Shown: positions 45,089 to 52,456 of the stretch, piece after piece
Layout of the letters: every line of letters starts with the position of its first letter
How positions within the stretch are numbered: position 1 is the stretch's first letter
DNA from: a virus
Length of the DNA stretch: 52,700 bases
Direction: 5' to 3' (one strand)
Virus record (IMG/VR): IMGVR_UViG_3300046396_000007
Location: 1-52,700 of that record
Made by a program: the position numbers and the translations under genes
Notes under the pieces: model-generated
Databases searched by the model: none
What the model saw: the letters and a program-made list of their open reading frames with translations, nothing else
Told to the model about the DNA's origin: nothing

Positions 45089-45117
45089 ATCTGCCCTCGG
45101 TATAACCGAGGGCAGAT
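45089..45117. terminator. perfect 12-bp hairpin
   Basis: atctgccctcgg tataa ccgagggcagat. The T-rich run is only on the minus-strand side. Confidence 0.45.
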
Positions 45118-45146
45118 AAGAAAAGATACAATAATAGCCTTATAAA

Positions 45147-45323
45147 ATGCTCGATTTAAACGAATTGGAAAAAGAAATTGATTGTTTTGTAACAAATGAA
45201 ACAACTGAATCATATAACACATACTTTAACCAGTCAGGAATGGACAAACCAACACTAATAGCAATTTTATTTTACTTTGGTTTTTTGGCTTTGATGGGAT
45301 TGGTTTGCTGGTATATAAATTGA
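45147..45323 (+). CDS. small protein with a C-terminal transmembrane segment (58 aa), holin candidate
   Basis: ...KPTLIAILFYFGFLALMGLVCWYIN. Two genes upstream of the endolysin. Confidence 0.4.
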   Translation: MLDLNELEKEIDCFVTNETTESYNTYFNQSGMDKPTLIAILFYFGFLALMGLVCWYIN

Positions 45324-45327
45324 AACT

Positions 45328-45489
45328 ATGAAAGATGAATTAAATGAGATAATGATTATGTTAATAGATGCCCATACACTTCTTTCTAAAACATCATTGT
45401 CACAAAATGAATACCAACCTATATCAACTAATTTAAATCTCGTAAAGCTTAAAATAACAGCATTGATTAATAAATTAACTGAAATATGA
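45328..45489 (+). CDS. hypothetical small protein (53 aa)
   Basis: ATG 45328. ATGA overlap with the endolysin start. Confidence 0.4.
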   Translation: MKDELNEIMIMLIDAHTLLSKTSLSQNEYQPISTNLNLVKLKITALINKLTEI

Positions 45490-46043
45490 ACACAATCGAA
45501 CTATTTAACTCGCTTCGAAAGCTTAACGGGTCGCTTTCACAAATTCAAGTCGATTCTATTAATGCCATTTTAGATGCCTGTAATAAACACTTAGTTACGG
45601 ATGAACATCAGATAGCCTATATATTAGCTACGGCTTACCATGAGGCACGTTTAAAGCCTGTAAGAGAAATAGGATTGGGGAAAGGACATAAATATGGACA
45701 AAATATAAAACAAAATGGACTAAAATATCTAAACCCGAAACAAATTTATTATGGCCGGGGACTTATTCAATTAACATGGTATGAAAACTATCTTCAATTT
45801 GGTTTAGTTATTGGAATTGATTTGTTAAACAACCCTGATTTAGCTTTACAGCCTGATTATGCAGCAGAGATTATTGTCATTGGAATGAAAAAAGGAATGT
45901 TTACTGGTATTTCTTTAGGTCATTATTTTTCAAAATTAGCCAACGACCCTATAAACGCAAGGCGTATCATCAACGGAGTGGATTGCGCTGAATTGATAGC
46001 TGGATATTACAAGGCTATACTTGCTGGAATAACGCACATTTAG
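45486..46043 (+). CDS. endolysin, glycoside hydrolase family 19 (chitinase-like) type
   Basis: [18 protein letters not shown] ... [15 protein letters not shown] matches the GH19 phage-lysin signature. Confidence 0.8.
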   Translation: MNTIELFNSLRKLNGSLSQIQVDSINAILDACNKHLVTDEHQIAYILATAYHEARLKPVREIGLGKGHKYGQNIKQNGLKYLNPKQIYYGRGLIQLTWYENYLQFGLVIGIDLLNNPDLALQPDYAAEIIVIGMKKGMFTGISLGHYFSKLANDPINARRIINGVDCAELIAGYYKAILAGITHI

Positions 46044-46094
46044 TACATTTGTCTTTTCATTATTCTTTCATATAATTACTAATTTTTCGTAGAA

Positions 46095-46130
46095 ATGGGC
46101 GACATGCGAGATGAAGCCCATTTTGTTTTA
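46095..46130 (+). terminator. terminator after the endolysin gene
   Basis: atgggc (46095-46100) pairs with gcccat (46116-46121), followed by ttttgtttta. Confidence 0.5.
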
Positions 46131-46152
46131 TGGGAAAAGTTTTGTAGATTTG
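46122..46152 (+). promoter_or_regulatory. candidate promoter: TTTG, 19-nt spacer, TAGATTTG
   Basis: TTTG at 46122-46125 and TAGATTTG at 46145-46152. Both elements and the spacing fit the Bacteroidota consensus. Confidence 0.5.
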
Positions 46153-46157
46153 TTTAT

Positions 46158-46321
46158 AGTTTCCCTGCAACTATTGCGACTTGATCGCATTAGAGTAGAA
46201 ATGAGAGGTAATATTCAGGTAAAAGCCCTTCCTAAGTGGTACAGGCATTGTACGATAGGCGAAAATCGGAGCAACCACAAGATGCAGCTAGAGCCAACCC
46301 CTAAAAAGAGTTGGCTTTTTT
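46158..46321 (+). ncRNA. candidate short transcript or leader RNA (about 165 nt) bounded by a promoter and an intrinsic terminator
   Basis: It begins downstream of the promoter at 46122-46152. It ends at the hairpin agccaac (46292-46298) / gttggct (46310-46316) plus tttttt. No convincing ORF: track ORF 46111..46497 runs through the terminator and overlaps the next gene. Confidence 0.35.
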
Positions 46322-46351
46322 ATTCTCAAAAATTCTATTTAACTTTATCTC

Positions 46352-47152
46352 ATGAAAAAACTCATTACATTTTTACTCCTATTGGCTTCGGTTGGGGCTA
46401 TGGGGCAAATAATCAACTCCGCATACGTCAAAGCATTATATACAAAATATCCAACCGTAAAAAGCGCTTTTTGTCCTGCTTGCCGCCTTTGGATTAACCC
46501 ATATTATAAATCAATAGCTGATACGGTTAAAAACTATCCCGTTATTGAACACGTAATTATAACGGCTGATAATGTTAAACAGCAAGAGGCCGCGAACATT
46601 CCGCGTAAGGGTGTTTATGCCGGATGGAATATTACAACAGGGGCGAAGCATTTAGGCGCTGTTTATAAGTACGCAAACAGCACTTTAAAGAAGCCTATTG
46701 AGTTTGCTTATGGACATTGCGGATTAGCCTGGATATTGTCAGCAAGAGACGCTAACGGGGCTATATTTAGCGATACGGAAACTTATGGGGAGTTTATGGA
46801 GTGGCAAGGACAAAATGTAGGAACTATGATTGCTACAGAAGATACAACCCGGTTGCTTTTGGGAGCAACGCTAAATGAAGTTAAGCACACGCCATTGACT
46901 AATCAAGTTGATATTTGGGCCGGATGCGTGAGTAATTTAGATCCTAAAAACCCCTCAAAAGTTTATACGGTTAATGGTGTTTCAGTTACAGTACCGGATG
47001 CGGTTTGGAAAGTAATAAAATTCAATAATCAAATTGTTTGTTATTGGATGCCTAATTTAAATAATGAGGTGAAAGCATTATTGCCTAAAAGACATATCGC
47101 TTATGCTGATTTAGTAAAACGATTGAAGTTTGACCCTATTAAAACTTTATAA
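46352..47152 (+). CDS. secreted protein of unknown function (266 aa, Sec-type signal peptide)
   Basis: MKKLITFLLLLASVGAMGQ-IIN... Confidence 0.65.
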   Translation: MKKLITFLLLLASVGAMGQIINSAYVKALYTKYPTVKSAFCPACRLWINPYYKSIADTVKNYPVIEHVIITADNVKQQEAANIPRKGVYAGWNITTGAKHLGAVYKYANSTLKKPIEFAYGHCGLAWILSARDANGAIFSDTETYGEFMEWQGQNVGTMIATEDTTRLLLGATLNEVKHTPLTNQVDIWAGCVSNLDPKNPSKVYTVNGVSVTVPDAVWKVIKFNNQIVCYWMPNLNNEVKALLPKRHIAYADLVKRLKFDPIKTL

Positions 47153-47153
47153 A

Positions 47154-47408
47154 ATGAACCTATTCACATTCGCACAGCAATTTGCATTTAAGAACATTTT
47201 AGCTATGCCTTTAATTGGCGGCTTAATATATGTTATGGTAACAGTTCCGCAATTACATGATAGTTGCGTTGTTTTATTGACTCTGGTTGTTAAATACTAC
47301 TATGACAACAGCGCACAATCAGCCAAGAAAGATGAAACTATAGCCACAGCCTTAACGGTTGCACAAAATACCCCCGGGGTTCCTATTGATCCGAGTGATA
47401 AGAAATAA
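47154..47408 (+). CDS. membrane protein (84 aa)
   Basis: Track frame, trimmed to the ATG at 47154 (MNLFTFAQQFAFKNILAMPLIGGLIYVMV...). Confidence 0.5.
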   Translation: MNLFTFAQQFAFKNILAMPLIGGLIYVMVTVPQLHDSCVVLLTLVVKYYYDNSAQSAKKDETIATALTVAQNTPGVPIDPSDKK

Positions 47409-47411
47409 AAA

Positions 47412-47440
47412 AACACCCTTGACATCGCGTCTTGGGTGTT
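47412..47440. terminator. bidirectional terminator at a convergent junction
   Basis: aacacccttgac atcgc gtcttgggtgtt forms 10 of 12 pairs, flanked by an A-run and a T-run. Confidence 0.6.
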
Positions 47441-47473
47441 TTAACCTAAACCAATTTACTATGAAAAGATTCT

Positions 47474-47938
47474 TTAAGCTGATATTAAATCAGGATTATG
47501 ATTTACTTGGCTAACGGTTAAAGCCTGTTGAATTGTCATACCTGCTCCTTGGTTGTCACTTAGCCATTTCTGTATCAAAGCATTCAACGTATTTAATTGA
47601 GCCGCGTAAGTATCAGTACCTTTAATACTAGCTAAGTAAGCAACTGCATCCTGAATCTTTTGAGCATCTGTTTTGCCATCTTCGGCAACTGCCCAATTAA
47701 GATCCGTTATAATTTTAGGCAACCAAAGTTTAAAAGCGTTAATAAATCCTGTTGATGCAGGAATAAAGGCTTCTAAGCCAGTTTCAAGTAATTGCCCAAC
47801 CTGTGATGCTTCAACCGATTTAATTGCGTTAGCAATCTTATCTGCTATATCCACGATGTCATGTACCTGTGTAGATGCGCTGTGAAAAAATGTTTTTACC
47901 TTTTCCCAAAGGATTGAAAGAAAGTTTGTTGTTGACAT
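47474..47938 (-). CDS. hypothetical helical protein (154 aa)
   Basis: ORF track. Confidence 0.6.
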   Translation of the reverse strand: MSTTNFLSILWEKVKTFFHSASTQVHDIVDIADKIANAIKSVEASQVGQLLETGLEAFIPASTGFINAFKLWLPKIITDLNWAVAEDGKTDAQKIQDAVAYLASIKGTDTYAAQLNTLNALIQKWLSDNQGAGMTIQQALTVSQVNHNPDLISA

Positions 47939-47988
47939 AATTTTTATTTGTTTTTAATATAAAGTTAGTGAATAATATTAAAGATTGG

Positions 47989-48183
47989 TTAATTCAATAA
48001 TGCTAATCTATCCCTAAGTACAGCACTATAATTACGCATAATAGGCAACTGTGTATTTAATAATCCTTGTTGTCGTTTATCAATCTTATCAAAGCTTTCA
48101 CCAATCACGAAAAGAGTTAATTTTTCAATCTTTTCATCTAATTCCTGTTTTTCAACTTCAAGTCTACTTTTAAAATCGCTCAT
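47989..48183 (-). CDS. small coiled-coil protein (64 aa from MSDFKSRLEVEK...)
   Basis: Track ORF 47989..48255 starts at a TTG. Alternative ATGs are at 48213 and 48183. Confidence 0.5.
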   Translation of the reverse strand: MSDFKSRLEVEKQELDEKIEKLTLFVIGESFDKIDKRQQGLLNTQLPIMRNYSAVLRDRLALLN

Positions 48184-48263
48184 GTTTATTGTTTTTAAAT
48201 TGTTAATATTCATATACCTTAATAACCCATGCCTATAAAAAGCGATGGGTTTCAATCAATGCA

Positions 48264-48401
48264 TTAATCCTTTCTTCTAACTTCTAAGCTATAAACAGCA
48301 TACGCTACCCATAGAAAGAATGAATATAAGGAATGCATCGAACAAATTTCAGTAATTGTTATAATGCCCAATATCAACGTAGTTGAAAAACTTATTTTCA
48401 T
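48264..48401 (-). CDS. membrane micro-peptide (45 aa)
   Basis: Reads MKISFSTTLILGIITITEICSMHSLYSFFLWVAYAVYSLEVRRKD. Confidence 0.35.
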   Translation of the reverse strand: MKISFSTTLILGIITITEICSMHSLYSFFLWVAYAVYSLEVRRKD

Positions 48402-48409
48402 TCCGCTTC

Positions 48410-48580
48410 CTATCCTCTTAATATCTCACTATGCACAATATTAAACGGTGCATAAGGGTAAGTATCAATTTCAACTTTTGGCTTTACATGGCAGCCTATA
48501 TTAGCCTCAATAAGCCCGATTAATAGCCCGGTTGTAATTACAATCAGGGTTGTAAATGCTATTGTGTGTGGTTTTTTCAT
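48410..48580 (-). CDS. membrane-anchored micro-protein (56 aa) ending in TAG
   Basis: Reads MKKPHTIAFTTLIVITTGLLIGLIEANIGCHVKPKVEIDTYPYAPFNIVHSEILRG. The start lies 2 nt after the upstream stop. Confidence 0.4.
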   Translation of the reverse strand: MKKPHTIAFTTLIVITTGLLIGLIEANIGCHVKPKVEIDTYPYAPFNIVHSEILRG

Positions 48581-48582
48581 GA

Positions 48583-49068
48583 TTAATAATGATTGATGAC
48601 TTTTTGAGTTACCCTTGTTTTCTTATCAGGGTATAAATAAAATGGCTCATATTGCTTATAATCAATACCTTTCCCTATTATAAGAAAATTATTTTTAGAT
48701 CTTGGAGCAACCACCCACCCTTTAATCCAACGCCCCATTAAATTGCCTTTCACAACGCCTGTTATTATTTGAAAATAACAAATTATAGTATCTTTTACAA
48801 TATACAGAGTTCCGCCATCGCCCACATTTAAACTGGTAATAAGCGGCTGGTTTAAACTTCCAACAGTGGCTGCCTCTAAATTGTGATTGGATGCATAATC
48901 TTCACATGCTTTTATTTTAAAATCAGTTTTTGTGATGATTGTATCACATTTTGAAGACCACCATGATTTAATACTATCCTTATTAAAATGTGTGGGTTGT
49001 TTTTCTTTAATTTGCGCATTACCCACCATTACTATAAAAGTGAGTGCTATTGGTAGGGTCATTTTCAT
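48583..49068 (-). CDS. secreted protein (161 aa, signal peptide)
   Basis: MKMTLPIALTFIVMVGNAQ-IKE... Confidence 0.6.
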   Translation of the reverse strand: MKMTLPIALTFIVMVGNAQIKEKQPTHFNKDSIKSWWSSKCDTIITKTDFKIKACEDYASNHNLEAATVGSLNQPLITSLNVGDGGTLYIVKDTIICYFQIITGVVKGNLMGRWIKGWVVAPRSKNNFLIIGKGIDYKQYEPFYLYPDKKTRVTQKVINHY

Positions 49069-49379
49069 GATGGGTCGGCTATTAATCTATCAATTTCAGC
49101 AACCAACATGGCGGCTGCTTTTGTTAATTCTTTAATCCTATCGTCGGGAGATGATTTGAAATATTGGTCATCCCAAGGAAAGAACCAAGGCGAATTGTGC
49201 CCAACCGGTGTAATATCATTATCTTCCCGAACGCCTATAGATAGGCAATAAGAGGCTGCCGCATCGGCCAATTCACCATATGAATAATCTTCTATGGATT
49301 TTAAAATGTGTTCATCAGAATAGCCATATTTATCAATCTGGCGCTGACGCTCTTTTTTAATTAATTCAAATGCATTCAT
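49065..49379 (-). CDS. hypothetical protein (104 aa)
   Basis: ORF track. KERQRQIDKYGYSDEH...GELADAAASYC...LVAEIDRL resembles a widespread phage family of unknown function, from memory only. Confidence 0.55.
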   Translation of the reverse strand: MNAFELIKKERQRQIDKYGYSDEHILKSIEDYSYGELADAAASYCLSIGVREDNDITPVGHNSPWFFPWDDQYFKSSPDDRIKELTKAAAMLVAEIDRLIADPS

Positions 49380-49410
49380 ATATTTATTTTTTTTCTTTTA
49401 AAAACTACCA

Positions 49411-49440
49411 TTAAAAACAGCCTTACCAAAGTAGTAAGGC
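49411..49440 (-). terminator. rho-independent terminator (minus strand)
   Basis: gccttac (49420-49426) pairs with gtaaggc (49434-49440). On the minus strand it is followed by tgtttttaa. Confidence 0.5.
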
Positions 49441-49478
49441 CAAAGTATTTTATCTTTTGAAGTATGTAGGTCATTGGA

Positions 49479-49661
49479 TTAATGATACCAATTATGACCG
49501 CACCTCAGACAATGTGCTTGACCTCCTCCTATACCGTGAGTGCTTGTCAAAGTGGGAATTGAGCAGTTACACCATATAATATCATCATCGTGTTTCTGTG
49601 GCTTTCTGTAGCCGTATAATGGTGATTTACTAATCTTTTGTCTTGCGGTTTGCTCTTTCAT
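49479..49661 (-). CDS. zinc-ribbon-like protein (60 aa)
   Basis: WCNCS ... HCLRCGHNWYH. Confidence 0.5.
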   Translation of the reverse strand: MKEQTARQKISKSPLYGYRKPQKHDDDIIWCNCSIPTLTSTHGIGGGQAHCLRCGHNWYH

Positions 49662-50020
49662 TTCTTTTCCTTCTGTAATAACGATTCGATGTTAATGCTT
49701 TGGATGCAGTGGTCGCCTATAATTTGTTGGTCGCAGCACGCGCACATTTTACCGCAACTTGTTTTATCTTTTAATCTGCGCCTAATTGCATCTCCACATA
49801 ATATTTCTATATTATCAGCCTTTTTCAAACACTCCATTTTCACTTTCTCACCAAACTCAATCATCTGAGCGCGGGTATGTAATTCTGATGTTTCTTGGTC
49901 GGCAAAGGTTTGCATAAGATTTAGAACTATATCACAATGAATGTATAGCTTTTTATCTTCGCCCCAAATAGGGTTATTGATTATTTCATCAGCCAATATT
50001 TCCTCTTTAGTCTTTTTCAT
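49658..50020 (-). CDS. hypothetical Cys-rich protein (120 aa)
   Basis: ORF track. Confidence 0.55.
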   Translation of the reverse strand: MKKTKEEILADEIINNPIWGEDKKLYIHCDIVLNLMQTFADQETSELHTRAQMIEFGEKVKMECLKKADNIEILCGDAIRRRLKDKTSCGKMCACCDQQIIGDHCIQSINIESLLQKEKK

Positions 50021-50304
50021 AATTGTAAAAGTTTAAGTATGTGATTAAGTTCATCCATTGCATATTTAATCTTACTTTTTGTTTCGCAACCAGAAAGCCT
50101 TCCATATGTAACTGTAAACGCGGCAATCCTCCCCTTTACCACCTCAATAGCCGCCTCATTATTGGCAGGTTGTTTGAATTGGGAAGCGTAGGTTATTGCT
50201 TTAAGTGTTCGCTTATACTCATCACCCAATTTGTAATTAAACCATGTGCCAGCAGACATATAATCCGGCTTACAAAACTTTTCTGCTATTTCTTCAGGTG
50301 TCAT
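50017..50304 (-). CDS. hypothetical protein (95 aa)
   Basis: ORF track. Confidence 0.55.
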   Translation of the reverse strand: MTPEEIAEKFCKPDYMSAGTWFNYKLGDEYKRTLKAITYASQFKQPANNEAAIEVVKGRIAAFTVTYGRLSGCETKSKIKYAMDELNHILKLLQL

Positions 50305-50870
50305 CTTCTTGAAATTATATAGTTGTTATTAAGTTCAGTAAGCAACTCGTCCTTTGTTTTTGGTGAAAATCCTAACATTTGAGAAGTCAATATCATTTCT
50401 TCAACATCTGCCCAAACTGAGGCTATATTTTCAATCGCATCAAATCGCTTTCCTAACAGTTGGTAATACTCTTCTTGATCTTGGTCATGCAATATATTAG
50501 GCACATTTGTATGTGCCATTTGTTTCAGTTGTAGAAATTGGCGGGTATTCCATCCAGCGCGCTCATCTGAAATTGCATCTTCATATGCACAATTTACCCA
50601 TGCTTCTGGCTTTGGTAACATTTCCTCGGTATAGGACATGCATATTTGCCAAACAACCTCAACATCATCGTTTTTATATTCCCCGGGTGGTATTGTGGGA
50701 GAACAGAGAATGGTGTTTTGGATGGCGAATGTTTCAAACATGGTATAGTAAGGATTTATTTCATGATCCCAATCGCCATTATCAATAGTAAATGATTGTG
50801 TTGGACTAAATGGATTTTTTGGTCTCGCTATATGTTCGCAATCTACAACCCATATGGGGATGTCTTTCAT
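50301..50870 (-). CDS. hypothetical protein (189 aa)
   Basis: ORF track. Confidence 0.6.
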   Translation of the reverse strand: MKDIPIWVVDCEHIARPKNPFSPTQSFTIDNGDWDHEINPYYTMFETFAIQNTILCSPTIPPGEYKNDDVEVVWQICMSYTEEMLPKPEAWVNCAYEDAISDERAGWNTRQFLQLKQMAHTNVPNILHDQDQEEYYQLLGKRFDAIENIASVWADVEEMILTSQMLGFSPKTKDELLTELNNNYIISRR

Positions 50871-50872
50871 AA

Positions 50873-51121
50873 TTAAATCTTGATTAGAGGGTTTAAAATG
50901 TAATAAACTTCATTATGTCCGCAAAAACGCATATAAAAACGCCTTTTTTCTTTTGGCAATTGAAAATATTCTTGGCTTGATATTCTCGCTTTTAAGTAAG
51001 CGTTTTCTTTGCTACCATGCAAGTCTAAATATTCCTCATTGGTAAATGGCTTTGGTTTATTACAAAAAAATGAGCAATATTGGCCCCTATAAACATTTTT
51101 ACAAACTTTACATGCTTTCAT
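50873..51121 (-). CDS. Cys-rich (zinc-finger-like) protein (82 aa)
   Basis: CKVCKN...CSFFC. Confidence 0.5.
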   Translation of the reverse strand: MKACKVCKNVYRGQYCSFFCNKPKPFTNEEYLDLHGSKENAYLKARISSQEYFQLPKEKRRFYMRFCGHNEVYYILNPLIKI

Positions 51122-51185
51122 ATCTTCTTATCAATTAAATAACTTAACCAAACAGCCGCAATATCGGCTATAAATAAAAGGGTTA

Positions 51186-51488
51186 CTATTGTCCACATGG
51201 GGTAGGGGGTTGAGGTAAAACAAAGCAGGCAACAACTATAGCAAATGGCCAATCTTCGTCATATCTTCTGATTTCGCCAGTGTCAAATTTAACTATTGTT
51301 ATGCTATCATCCGCTATAATTATTGGTTGTAATTCATTAACTGGCACCCATTCGTTTTTGAATTGATCCATAGCGTAATTAACTCCGGCTATGAATCCAA
51401 ACCGCCTTGCATCATATCGTGTATAATGTTCAGTGCCTTTCGCGTATTCATGGGCCGCTTGCTCTATCTCCTCCGCTGTCTTTTTCAT
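51186..51488 (-). CDS. DUF551-like protein (100 aa)
   Basis: The C-terminus WVPVNELQP...FVLPQPP resembles the W..v...lP...hWmPlPePP pattern of DUF551. The stop is TAG followed immediately by TAA. Confidence 0.45.
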   Translation of the reverse strand: MKKTAEEIEQAAHEYAKGTEHYTRYDARRFGFIAGVNYAMDQFKNEWVPVNELQPIIIADDSITIVKFDTGEIRRYDEDWPFAIVVACFVLPQPPTPCGQ

Positions 51489-51712
51489 ATTTTTTGTTTT
51501 AGGGGGTGGGTGTTAATGAGTTCAAGTCTGGTAATTAACACATTTCCTTTGCCTTCGTCTTCAAATGTGAATGACTTGGTTATGCTGATTCCAGCGCCGA
51601 AATATTGCCGCATAGCAGATTTTAAGCTGTATATGTTTGCAGGTTTCGTTGAGTAGGTATCGCCTGGTTTTACAAGCCCTGTGAAGTCATACTTTTTGTT
51701 TCCGTTAATCAT
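51485..51712 (-). CDS. hypothetical protein (75 aa)
   Basis: ORF track. Confidence 0.55.
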   Translation of the reverse strand: MINGNKKYDFTGLVKPGDTYSTKPANIYSLKSAMRQYFGAGISITKSFTFEDEGKGNVLITRLELINTHPLKQKI

Positions 51713-51719
51713 TTTTTGT

Positions 51720-52331
51720 TTAATTATTTAAAATATCATTTAATATTGATAGCCCTACTTTTGGATGTACACAGTTGCGGAGTATTTGAACAGGACAGTG
51801 ATTTGTCCCGTAATAAATATTTTTTTCATAATGAATTCCTAACCAATCCATCATTATTTTTTTGCTTTCTACGGTTGCAAGATTTATAAAGTTTTTTGGT
51901 TGTTCAATTTCAATATTTGTTAACTTTACATTACTCCAAAATAGGTGCCTCCCTATCTTTTGCGGATTAAATTGTGCTTCATAGTATGGTGTTACGTTTT
52001 CAACAACAAATGATCCTTTAAACCAATGCTTAAGAAATATTATTTCTTCAAATAACTTTCCGTCTACATATCTAACGGTGTTATGCCGCGTAAATTTATT
52101 CATTTTTGAATGAGATTGACATGGCGGACTACTCCATATAATATCAAATAAATTATGGTTCTCTAATAAAAATTGATGGGCATCCCTAACTAAAACAATC
52201 TGGTTTGGTTTTCGATCTTGTAAAACAGAAGCAATTCTTTCATCTAATTCAATATTAACTATCTGGTGTTTTGTATCATCCCATAAATTTGAGTTTCCGC
52301 CTAATCCAGCGTATAGATTTAATATTTTCAT
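51720..52331 (-). CDS. very short DNA (cytosine-5) methyltransferase-like protein (203 aa)
   Basis: Motifs seen: I (LNLYAGLGG), IV (SSPPCQSHS), VI (VVENV), X-like (RNCVHPKVGLSIL). The ATG at 52331 is preferred over the track's TTG at 52346. Confidence 0.7.
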   Translation of the reverse strand: MKILNLYAGLGGNSNLWDDTKHQIVNIELDERIASVLQDRKPNQIVLVRDAHQFLLENHNLFDIIWSSPPCQSHSKMNKFTRHNTVRYVDGKLFEEIIFLKHWFKGSFVVENVTPYYEAQFNPQKIGRHLFWSNVKLTNIEIEQPKNFINLATVESKKIMMDWLGIHYEKNIYYGTNHCPVQILRNCVHPKVGLSILNDILNN

Positions 52332-52395
52332 ACCGCTAAGTAACAAACTATATTTTACATTACGAAATTTATTTTAAAATTTATTTTCATTTTTA

Positions 52396-52428
52396 TTTGC
52401 AAATACAATCCCTTTCTCTTTATATTTG
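52396..52428 (+). promoter_or_regulatory. candidate promoter: TTTG, 21-nt spacer, TATATTTG
   Basis: TTTG at 52396-52399 inside the palindrome TATTTGCAAATA, and TATATTTG at 52421-52428. It lies 29 nt upstream of the ATG at 52457. Confidence 0.55.
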
Positions 52429-52456
52429 TCACGCCAACAATGGCGAAAAGGAAAAA

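Noticed and set aside
46111-46497. 128-aa plus-strand ORF spanning the endolysin terminator, the short-RNA unit and the 5' end of the next gene
   Set aside because: It runs through two intrinsic terminators and a promoter, and it overlaps 46352..47152 by 146 nt in another frame. The signal-peptide-bearing ORF at 46352 is far more convincing.
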